Part shown: in pieces, positions 46,992 to 58,223 of the stretch
Numbering within the stretch: the first letter of the stretch is position 1
Layout of the letters: each line of letters begins with the position of its first letter
Assembly: GCA_000708835.1 (NCBI GenBank)
Contig: DF237107.1
Span: forward strand, 1-64,000
Source: Klebsormidium nitens
Taxonomy: Eukaryota > Plantae > Klebsormidiophyceae
Reading direction: 5' to 3'
DNA: 64,000 nt
The notes under the pieces: model-generated
Database searches by the model: none
What the model saw: the letters and a program-made list of their open reading frames with translations, nothing else
Told to the model about the DNA's origin: nothing
Program-made: the position numbers and the translations under genes

Positions 46992-49900
46992 TCACCCGCC
47001 GCTGCTCCAGACACAAATCAATACCTCCCCCTGCCCCTGAACCCTCCCCCGGAACCAAACCTTCCCCCCCCTCCCCCTAGGGCTCCCGAAACCCCCCCGG
47101 CCGCCGCGGCCCCCACTGCTCTGTCCCCTGCCGCCTCCGTACCCCCCCGAGCTGGCGCTCTCGGGCCTCGCTAGAAGAGCCGGGAGTGCCGTCGCAATTT
47201 CAATTGTGACCGCGGCCTGCCAGGAGGGAGCCGTCTCTTGCTCCTTCGTGGCCGCTGCAGGGAAACAGAAGCTCGCGTCAGAGAGCTGCAATCGGAACTC
47301 AACGGCTTTGGTAGGTCGACACCGATCGCGTCCACTGTACCAATTCACTTGTCAAATTCAGTGTCCTTGCAGGTTGGGGCGTCTCTCGAACCGACACCGG
47401 AAAATACGACATGGCACAGAAAAATGACTACAGGAGTGCTCGACTGGAATGAACCTCTAGCAGAATCTTCGGAAGTGCCCGGAAGCAGCAAACGTTAAGC
47501 AAACTGCAATTGTCCACTCAAACCCTCGTCCCTAACAATTGACGGTGACGTACCTGCCACGAAGTCCTTGGCCAGAGTGGTGGGCACGTCGAAGACCGCG
47601 CCCTGCCCGTCCGCAGTGAGGCTCATCCGCCGGACGTCCGACAGCGACTCCTCTGGCAGGCACTTGCGCAGGTAGTTCCACACGAATCTGGCGGGAAGGA
47701 AGCACTGTCCAATCAGCCAAAAATGTGTTTCGACCGTCTTGGCACTCCTGCCTATTCCACCATGCCCCCTTTTGAATATGCTTCTAGGAAGCCTGTAGGC
47801 CTGGAGTTGCTCATTTGTTGAATGCAGCTCCGGTCAGAAAACTTGATCTTTGGTCTTCGAATAGCGCCCTGCGATTAGGTGCTGAGATTGCTCCTGAAAC
47901 GTTCATTTCGTCCAAGCCCCATGAGTCCGCGAAGATGCAGGACGCCAGGTACAGGACGACAACCTCAAGGGACGTCTAGGAGAAGCCGCCTCCGCCGAAT
48001 CCGCTGCCGTCGCCATCTCCGTAAACGTTGTTTTCCAGGTGACGACAAGCTGCCCCGTGCAAATGCGCGGCAACCCTACAAAAAGGGTCCAAAGACTGCT
48101 ATATCGGTGAAAAGACACGGTAACTAGGCGCGGCGAGAAGAAACTCACGTGGGCGTCCTGACGGCGCTGCCGGCCTTGAAGTGCAGCGTGGTGGCGTCCT
48201 CGTGTGACGTCAGCAGGGACCGCTGCTTGAGCTCGGTGTGGCCCGCGATCTTCGCGAGCGCCTTCGCAAGCGCTTGCACTGGCGTCACGCCCACCTCAGC
48301 GAGCAGCGTCTCGGCAGCCTCCTGGAACATCGGGATGACGCTGCACAGGAGAGTGACACGTGTCTGGCGGGGGCAAATGGTGGTGTTGTTACGACGACAA
48401 TCATGGCTCTCGTCGCGAGGTGCTCCCCATTCTGAACCTGCCCTGCCACCCGAATCAGATTTGAGTATCACAATCGATGCCAAGATAAGCCTTTCTCATA
48501 AGGCATTTCTTTATTTCTAAAACCTGCCCACTTCCCCGGCATCCTGCTAAACACTTGAATTTTTGCGTCTTTGGACAAGTCGTACGCCTCCCTCCTCTCC
48601 AGAACACCAATCCACACTCTTCTCTCTAATAGACCGTTCGACCGAAGCCAAGACAACAGTAGCCTCAGACGCTCGCGACCTCTAAGTCCACACGTCCAAA
48701 AAGCTCACGGAAGAAAATAAATAGCAGCGCCTCACCTGTCGTCCACTTCCCGCACCCCACTCAGCGCCCGCAACGCGCTCGCCTTCGCAATGTCCGCCGG
48801 CGCGGGCGGCGTTATCCGCTCGAACTTGAACCCGGCCTTCCTCTCGATGATCGGAACCATGTACTCGTGCTTCCTCCCATATAGCATGACGCTAATGCCA
48901 GTGTTTCCGGCCCGCCCGGTTCTCCCGGACCGATGGATGTACGTCTCGGCGTCGCGCGGCGGCTCGCACTGGATGACGACTTGGACGTCATTGATGTCGA
49001 GCCCGCGCGCGGCCACGTCGGTCGCGACGAGCACGTTGAATTTGCCAGAACGGAAGCCGGCGAGGGTGGTCTGATGAAACAAGAGGAGCGCTTTAGGGTA
49101 CCGAGATTCGAATGTTAGGATTCTCCGTACTTTGAAGCTTTAGGCACGTGGTACGTTGAAGAGACGCCCGCGAGCACAATGAACCTGCCGGACGCAAGCC
49201 AGCGAGAGTCGTCTGGGAGGCAGAATCGAGCGGTTCAGGGGTCGCAAGCTTTTCGGGTTCACAGCACTTAAGACCGTCTGGGCAGATTCTGCATCAGAGG
49301 CGCCCGCAATCACGCTGAGCTTGCCCGAACGGAAACCAGCAAGAGTGGTCCCGTGAAACTATGAAATTGTGCTAAAAATCCAGAAACTAAAATTCCAAGT
49401 ACTCTACAGTTGGGCAGGTGCTATACCACAGAGGCGCCTGCAAGCAAGAGCGTTCGGACAGAGGAGAACTCGAGATCACAAATCCAGCTTCACTGCATGC
49501 AGAGCTTGTCCTCTCGGCCGCATCAGGAGTAATCCAAAAGCTTCTGTGGTCAAGAACCACTCACAGACTCCGTTTGATATGACAAAGACTAATACGGGCG
49601 ACTAATTCAAGAGGATAAACCACAGCCGTCCACGTCCGTTCTCCCAGTCCCAATCCGGAACTGAGAAAGGCGTTTCACCTCCCAGTCCAGTCCCCAGGAA
49701 ACAGAGAGAGTCAACTCCTCAGATTCTGGTTCAAACCACCTTTCTTCTCTGAAGTACAGCCTGCAGGGTGTCTTCTCCCTGTAACCCCATAATTGGAGAC
49801 GTCTGAACTGTCACCACGTTCGACTCCCACCCACGTCTCCACTGTTCTTTACTAGACCCAAGTTCAGGGTCTCTCAAGCCCACTTGATCTCATATGAGAG

Positions 49901-52900
49901 AAGCCTAGATTCTCTTGTGGCCTCCCCATGTTTGCGGACCAACGGACTCTCCTGCGACCTTCACTATCAAATGAACGGTTGCACATATTCCATCCCCCTC
50001 TCACCTCACGCTGCGCCTGCGCGATATCCCCGTGCAGTGCGCTTGCGCTGTCCGCCAGCGCCACCGCCAGCTCGGTCGCGTCCTTCTTGGTCTCCGTAAA
50101 CACGATGGTGCGCCCCTCGCCACTGCTGTAGCACCGGATCACGTCCTGGACCACCGACGCTCGCTGTGGAACAGCAGCAATGACGTCAGTGCTGATGTCA
50201 GAAACGTCCAACTCATTTAAGGACTCGTAGTTTAGCCTCAGTCTTCGTCTACCATGCTTTGCAACTTCGAATGCCATGATACTGCCCATCCAGATAAGTC
50301 CTACAATTCAAGCCCTTCTGCAATGATTTACAGGTCGACACGCTTTTGAAAAGCCTTCCTCGAACAACTCTCTGTATCTCTCCTCAAAGAAACCAGAAAC
50401 AAGTCGCAGCTGCCAAGCAGACATTTGGCTCCAACGGGCGTCTAAGATACGGCCGCAAGACTTCCGCTACCTGCGGGAGAAGGATCAGCTCCAGATACAA
50501 CACATATCTTCTCGGATTGACGCCCTGGAACAACTTAAGAAATCTGCAGTCTAATTCCTTGCAGCTTCAATTCCAGACAGTCAGGCAGTATGACCCTATC
50601 TCAGACTAAGAAAACCCAAAACTGATCATCCAAGCCCCGTACCTGGGTCCAGTGGCAGGGCAGCAGGAGATGCTGTACCGACTTGCTGGCCTTCATCGCC
50701 TCGTTCCCCACCAGGTCCACCGTCTTTCTACTGTCCTTCAGGAAGCGCTTGGAAATCTCGCGCACCCAATCAGGCATTGTGGCTGAGAAGAGCAGTGTCT
50801 GCACCTGCTCCTTATCGTCCACCGCCCCTGCAAATAAACTGTCCATTCAGGCGGGTGTTCTCAACGGGCGTAAATGCGCAACTTTCCTTCCTACCCAGTG
50901 ATTGTCGGATATCTGTTTTGTCAGAGTTTGTCGCACCAGTCGGATTTAGACAACCAGAGCCTGAGCATTCAACCCTGTAGTCCTAGACATAATACAACCA
51001 GAGCCTAAGCATTCAACCCTGTAGTCCTAGACGAAAAAAAGTGCAGCCCCATGTCCGCCAGAACTGGGTTGAGCAAGTCGTCCGTCACCCTGTCACACTC
51101 TGTCCCCATGACGCCCCCATCCTGTAACCCTAATACCCAACTTTCTAAACCCTACTCCTAACAAATTCCACACTCACCTAGGATCGTCTCGACATCGTCC
51201 ACAAAGCCCATGTTGAGCATCTCGTCCGCTTCGTCCAGCACTCTAAATTTGAGTTTCTTCAGATCAAGGGCCCCCTTCTCAAGGTGGTCCTTGATCCGCC
51301 CGGGGGTCCCAACCACGACGTCAACGCCACGCCGCAGTGCGCTCGTCTGAGGGGGGAATGGAGCACCCCCGTAGACGCAAAGAGTGGATAGGCCACAGGT
51401 CTGGCCGAAAGCCTCAAAATCTGTGTGTACCTGGGAATGAGAAAGTAGATATGGTGGGTCAATAAGAGACTCCTCTGGCAAGAACACCAGACTGATTTAG
51501 AATGAGGATAAGACACATCGGTAAGAGGACTGGGGATCCATCAAGTGAGAAGTCATCTTTCAGTAGAAGCCTTGAGGATAAAGAAGTCGATAATTCAGAA
51601 GCCCCAAATACACACAAGCATGGTAGCCTGCAAGACTGGCTGAAACCCAAGGTCACAGAGGGGAGCAGTGCGTAGAGATGGCATCAGCTCGATCAAGAGA
51701 AGTACTCTGTACAAATGTGGGCTCAAACAGAGCATCTTGCAGTGCTGAGGGGCCTCGCGATTGTACCGATCTTCACTTTGTGCCAAATAATGGTTCAAAT
51801 CCAAAGAACGAGACCTTTTTCATATGCACGCCCGTGCACATTACAGGCATGGTTGAAAATGACCCAGAACGTAACCCTAAACCCTAAATGCACTTCGATG
51901 GCAGTGGTGCGAACACAACCTGCGATGATCTGAGAGCATCGCTTCGATCCCCTGTCCTCAATCCCTGCAGAAACTTTGACACACTCCTGAAATAAGCAGA
52001 TCTCAGCAGTATCAAAACTAGGTTTTTTACTGAAACGTTCCAAAAAGCTCAGATTTTCACCCAGTCCATCGTGCCAGCTCACCTGTTTTGCCAGCTCTCT
52101 AGTGGGCAGCAGCACGATAACACTTGGCTTCCTGCCGTACTGCCGCTGGCCCCTCAGCTCCGCAGGACTAGACGCCGCCCGCAACAGCTCCAAAAGAGGC
52201 AGGACAAACGCCAGTGTCTTGCCCTGAATAGAAAAGGCCAGTGACCGTTAGTAAGTTCCAACTCTTACAAAGCAATGGTGGTCGAATGTGGGGATCATGG
52301 CTATGACTTTCTCCGCCAGCTTCTTCAAAGTCCTCTCACAAGATCGAACACCTTGATTATTGTCAGCGCTCTGCTGCAGGCGCATAAATGAGTACCGGGT
52401 TACCACATTGACATCAAGTGGGGTTGGACAGGGACTAGAAAGACAGAGAGCAGTCTATGGGCCAGCGCCCAAATTAGGGTTTGATCAGGTTAACAACCAT
52501 TACCAAGGTGGTAATGGTGTCCACTATACTCAGATCCAGCAAGACAGGGCTGCAAACAATAGCAACTGTTGTGAAATTACTTAGCGCATACTCTTTGAAC
52601 TGGTGTGCAACAAGTGACACTGCGACATCACCATCAAGAATCAAGTCCACATTGCAACTCAAACTAACTGAAAACAAACAGAAAGCAGACTTACCTGGCC
52701 AGTCCTCGCTCTGCCCACGAGGTCTGTTCCGTCAAGCACGATGTCAAAGGTCTTGGCCTGGATAGGGAACAGCGCCTCGATCCCCTTTGTTTTCAACTTT
52801 GCAACCACCTCCTTCGAGATCTTGAAGTGAGAAAGGTGGTTGGGATCATCAGCGGGCACAGGCTCCTTCACAGAATTGTCGCTCTCCTCTTCCTTCTCTG

Positions 52901-53225
52901 CTTCACCTTTCTCAACCACCTTCTTCTTCTTCTTCTTCTTTGGCACCGCTTCCCCATCCTCCCCCTTTGTCTTCTTCTCAACCACTGCCTCTTCTTCTGA
53001 GCTCGCCTCAGCTTGCTTCCTCTTCTTTGACTTTTTTTCCGACTTTGGACTCGCTTCTGCGAGCTCAACAGTCTCTGTTTTTGACTTCTTCTCTTTCTTG
53101 CTTTTCTTCTGCTCGACCACCTCCATCACGGTGTCCGGGCTCTCCGCCTTTGCCTTCTTTGACTTCTTCACGCGCGGAGACTCCATTTCTGTGACAGCCT
53201 CAGGAGCCATGACAAGTCCAGGCAT
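46992..53225 (-). CDS. RH7: DEAD-box RNA helicase RH7 (DDX21/DDX50 family) with GUCT domain and RGG tail
   Basis: Model complement join(53225..52695,52223..52083,51430..51178,50827..50643,50163..50005,49070..48736,48340..48149,47687..47554,47254..46992). Motifs: [64 protein letters not shown], plus a K/E-rich N-terminus. Confidence 0.95.
49145..49352 (-). repeat. Two decayed copies of the RH7 exon-6 start (period ~140 bp) in intron 5
   Basis: The true exon [14 protein letters not shown] starts at 49070. Copies start at 49212 (cag|acgactctcgctggcttgcgtccggcaggttcattgtgctc) and 49349 (accactcttgctggtttccgttcgggcaagctcagcgtg). Confidence 0.8.
50948..51032. repeat. Intronic tandem duplication, 2 x ~45 bp
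   Basis: acaaccagagcct(g/a)agcattcaaccctgtagtcctagac occurs twice. Confidence 0.9.
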
Positions 53226-53988
53226 GGTGGAACACCCTAATCAACGAGTTTCTCACAGAAAGGCGCGCGCTCTTTGTTCGTTCTGGAAAGAAGTCGAGAT
53301 CTGTTGAAAGCCTGAGGCCCAGGGCTGCAACAACAGAGCTTCCACGGCCATCTTGGAAACTGAAACCCTCCTGAGTCTAACCCGCGGTTACCTGCTTCTG
53401 CTGTCTGACAGGTTCTACGACGAATCTGACTGATATTGATAACCGTAGTACCTAACCCATATCACGCATGGACTCTCCAGACTCGAGCTAGGACTAGTCC
53501 ACAGCTGTACGTCTATTAGTATGAGTACCTTGTCCTAGTGAGCGGCAGGAGGAAGGAGGGAGGCCGCCATTGCAATTCGCTTCTCGAATCGAGTGTGCCC
53601 TGGAAAGAAGTCCGCGATCAAGCCTTCTGTTCTTGCTCTCTTTGACACCGGCTGGTGAAACTTTGCGCTTTCCAGTTTAGTGATTTTGCTGCATGAGTGG
53701 TTTTGTCAACAGCGTAGGCTTAGCAATCTACCGCTTGCTCCAAAGTTTCTCCATCATTGGGACGCAATCCAAGCAATTAACAAAGCATTTGTATACGAAC
53801 CGCTTACCTTCAGGAGCGCTCGCTTTCAGAAGCTGCCGCCACAAGGATTCAAGGAGCCAAAGCAGATCAGCGGAAACTTTCATCGACGCACGCAGAAGCA
53901 AGAGGAGAACATATCATCAGCAACCAATCAAGGCATCAAGTCAGCAAATAATTGACACATCATTTGGATCATCAGGAGACGCCACACG
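53226..53988. promoter_or_regulatory. Short divergent intergenic region, putative bidirectional promoter (RH7/NPL4)
   Basis: Head-to-head start codons at 53225 (-) and 53989 (+) are 763 bp apart. The region contains ggccca (site II-like). The function is inferred. Confidence 0.5.
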
Positions 53989-56900
53989 ATGTTGCTACGG
54001 CTGCGTAGCCGTGACGGCCTCGAGCGCATCCAAGTAGATGACCGCGCCACCGTCGGCGATCTGCAGCAGAAGATTGCGGAGCAGCTCCAAGTGCCGGTCA
54101 GCAACCAGGTCCTCTCGCAGGACATAAAGTTGCTTGTGTCCAAGACGCCAAACGAGTTTGCTGACATGCGCGATCCGCACCGGAAGCTGAGCCAGCTGGG
54201 GATGAGCAACGGCGCCATGGTGTTCTTGTACTACTCCGGGGAGCGGCAGATTGCAGGTGCGCCCTTTTGGTGCCAGGAAAGCAGACTCAGCCCGCAATTG
54301 CTCAGGCGTTGAGCAATTTTGCTGATGGACTGCTTCATGGAGATATTGGTGGAGCGGGATATCTTGTGGTGCACCAAGAAAGATCTGTTTCTCGCTTATT
54401 GCGTTCTGTGAATTTATTCAAAGGAATGTTCATTGTGCTGAGTTGGATTATCGGATGTACTTTTCTGTGATTGATGTGCTTAGGGAAAGTGCACAGCAGG
54501 AGTATGCTGCTTGCAAAGGGTGGTGCAAATGATGCCTCAGTCGTGGCTGCTGGAAGCAAGCAAATTCTTGATTGTTAGGGCTTCATGCAGTCAACTGCTT
54601 CTTTGACAATGGAGTGCTGATGTTCTGCAGTAGTTATGAGCGCTTCCGTTCGCCTCGTAAAAAGGTTTGGGGCTCTACTCTCTTCAAAAACAGGGTCAGT
54701 CGTGCAGGACCACTCTGGTCAGGAGGCCAAAGGCTTCTTCAGAGGCAGACCAAAAGGTTTTTGGCCGCTGTACAAAGCTTTCCGCGTCTCGCCTTTTGCT
54801 TTGTTGGTCCACAATTGACTCCATCACCTTTCTGACTGGATGCTTTGGTTGTTCCAATTGCAGACTTGTCCAGTAACCCTGTGGGCCAGGTTCTGACTTG
54901 ATGGAATTATGAGGCAGCAAAAGAAAGACGTGTGAAGTGTCAACCTTTTGTGCTTACCGCTCTCTTGAACCTCAATCGCAGGCCCGTCCAGCCAGCAGCC
55001 GAAAGGCTTCTCTGGCGGCAAGATGACGATCGACGACATGATTGCGCGTCAGACCCGCATCGAGCGCCAGGAAGACCCCCACGCAACGTCCGTCTCGTTC
55101 GACCGTAATGCCGCTAACGTCTTCCAAGCCTATGTCAACGAGTCCCTCGGTTTCTCCATCAAACGGGGGGGTGTCATGTATGGTACGGTGGCTGAGGACA
55201 AGGCGGTGCTCGTTGACGCAATTTACGAGCCGCCGCAGCAGGGTTCCGAGGACGGATTAGAGATAACCTGGGATGCGGAGGAGCTGGCGCGGGTGGAGCT
55301 GGTGGCGGGGGGGTTAGGGCTGAAAAAGGTCGGGTTTATTTTCAGCCAGAGTGTGAGCCAGGTCCAGGGGAAGGAGTATATCGTGTCGGAGGGGGAGCTG
55401 CGGCAAATGGTGGAACTGCAGGTTGGTTTGCTTAACCTTTTCCCTTTTTGTAACCACTTTTCTCGACTTTACTCCATTCCCAGACCCCTTCAGTGTATAA
55501 GTTTTTCTCCCCATTTGGTGGAGCTCTACTGGAGGGACGGCCCATGATGAAAAAGCATCGAAAGCGGTGTCTCGTCTCATCAGAATTCCTCGTTCTTCTC
55601 ATGACTATACAGCAGGCCAGGCTGTCCGTTCAATCACGACGAGCTTTGCTTTCCAGCTCGCTGTTGCACTGCTTGGACTTGCAAGCCGACGGCAGGGACG
55701 AGACTTGAGAGTAAACTTTCAGCAATCCGTTGCTTCCCTGACAACGGTCTTCATCTCATGCCTTCTTGCGATGTCTGCCCTGATGTCCCTTCCCGTAGTC
55801 TTCCTTTCCATCTATGGCAGTAGCAGGATCTGACACCCGATTCGGTTTCATTAAGGGATTGCTTTCGAATTGCATTTTTTTGGCACTCCTCCTTGGCTAC
55901 CTCTCTTCGCTGAGTGGACTGGCCGTCGCCAGAACCTCTCTTTATGTCAAGCCAGGCAGGCATGTTCATCTCGAAATTAGAAATCACTTAAACCAAGCAG
56001 GGTGAACAGCAAAATTCTCTTGTGCACAAACAGACCGACAGCCTGGCCGAATTCTGGTTCGTTGATGTCGTAGAATTGGTTCAAAGATCTTGTAAAGCTT
56101 CTGTCCTCTTGCACTCTCGATTCTGTGTGTATCTCAGAAGAACCTGCTCAATGTTACCCCAAAGCCTAGTCCCCTTCCTACTGAGCGGCTACCAGTGTCT
56201 CTAACCACTGCTTTTCGTATCTCCACCACTGCTTACTCTAACAATTCGACGTCCTTCCCGCAGGCCGACAGCGGGGACGACACGTGGGTGACGGCGCTCG
56301 TGAAACTAGACGCGGACGAGGAGTCCGGCGGAGCGGACGTGCACTTCGAGGCGTTCCAGACGAGCGACCAGTGTGTGAAGCTGTGGCGCGAGGACTTCTT
56401 TGCCGCGAAAGACGCGGGCGGCAGCAAAGACCCGAAGACGTCGTTGATGGGCAAGGAAGTGATCGTGGCGGGGAGAGACACGACGGAGGTGGACAACGAC
56501 TTCTTCTTGGTGCCGGTCAAGATCCTGGACCACGAGGTAAGGCGGTTTGGAGAGTTTCAAGGGTTTTGGCTTCTGGGGGTTTAGGTCTTTGGGGCTTAAG
56601 GGGGCTCGCTCTCGATGATGGCGGAAGGTTTGGTTTAATGAGGGGTTTGTCTTCGTGGTTCCATTAAACCATGAGGGAAGGGCTTTTGAGGAGTTCGCGG
56701 TGTCAGGGGTTCTATAACCCGGGTTTTGGGGTCTCCTCGGAGCCAAAGAGTTAGTCCGCGGAGTCCGTACAGGTAGTGTTGGGTTCAGAAGTTGAACTGC
56801 TTCCAAGCACCAGCTTCGTAGAAACGTGATCCCGGAGGTCAAGGGGTGAAAGCGCAAGAGTCGGCTGAAAACCATTTTGTTGTTGTGAGCCGCAAGCGCG

Positions 56901-57345
56901 GTTGGCTCATTCGCTGTTTCGCGGAACTTTGTTTCGTCTGCTCAATGTGATTTGTCGATATCCTGCCTCGTGTTCTGTGCTGCTTACGTCTGAAAGTTGG
57001 TAAGCAAGCCTCAGTCTTGCTTCGTTCCATCTGAGAACTCCTTCTACTTTATTGTGTCTAATAGCCGCCGACTTTTTTTTGACGTCTCCGCAGGGACCCC
57101 TTGTTCACACGTTCCCCGTCGAGAACCGGCTACCATCCGCCAATTTCCAGTCCGTCAAGGCCCACCTAGACAAGTACAAGAACTTTTCGTACGCCCAAAG
57201 ACTATCCGATTTCCACCTGCTAGTATTCCTGTCAAGATACATAGGCGATGCCGCAGACATAACCCAAATAGCAGAGACAGTGCGCAATAAGGGCCAGGTC
57301 GGAGAGGGGTACCAGCTCATCATCGACTCCCTAGCTAGTCAATGA
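53989..57345 (+). CDS. NPL4: NPL4 (CDC48/p97-UFD1 cofactor), plant type
   Basis: Model join(53989..54256,54982..55421,56264..56536,57094..57345), about 410 aa in frame. Motifs: MLLRLRSRDGLER, KMTIDDMIARQTRI, AIYEPPQQG, VHFEAFQTSDQCVKL, TEVDNDFFLVPVKI, FPVENR, RLSDFHLL, EGYQLIIDSLA. Confidence 0.95.
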
Positions 57346-58223
57346 TTCTCTCGGTTGCGGCTACTTGCTCGAAAGTGACGGCAGGCCTTAGAAAACTTGA
57401 GGAAGCCTCATTCCGCTTCCTAAGGAACATGTAGTCGGGCATGCATGTTGGAACTCTGGGCTGGGCCATCAGTGCTGGCAAATGATTGTTGGCTCGCATC
57501 GGTTTCTGAGACGGGTCACATGTTGGTTGGGTGGATATCTCAAAGAGCCTCCGGCTGAGAAAGCGCAGATCAGTTAGCTCTGCGCATGAAGTCTCGATTG
57601 CGTGAAGTTCATGGTAGATCACTGAGCCGTTTTAAATGGTACATTGCGCGCCCTAGACATGCGCAGCAGGGGCTGGCACGCAGTGCATGCATTGCAATGA
57701 GTCCCACTTGCTTGGCAATCCGACGCGGTTGGATCGAGGAGTCAACCCGGCATGATCCGCGATCCTGAACTCGATATATATCGCATTGCATATCATGCAA
57801 TTGCTCAAATATAAACAATACAGCTGATGAGGTCCATTGCATGTCCAGACACGAAAATTCACATCGGAACCAGCCTAACCACGTCACTCGGAACAGTTGC
57901 ATGCTCGAGATCTAAGAACGGTACGGTAGATTCTTGGTTCCATGGTCGGGAAGCGACTGAACTTTCGGCATCACATCCACCCTCTCGAGGTGCGAATTGG
58001 AGCCTCATGCTAGTAAACTAATTTTCTTGTGATTGCTGGCAAGGATCTGCGTCAATGTACTTCAAGGAGAAGATACTGTAAGCGCTGCCATATTAAGCAA
58101 CGTTGATTTGACTACCATACCTTTGACGACAAGGTTCAGAGCCTCTCACTTCTCATTGGTCTGAACAGTCGATCAGCCTAACGCCTTTAGGCTGAGTCGT
58201 TTGACAAGGCTAAATCGTTTCAC

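Noticed and set aside
50164-52694. Intronic box C/D snoRNAs in RH7
   Set aside because: I looked for RUGAUGA/CUGA pairs with terminal stems and found none convincing by eye.
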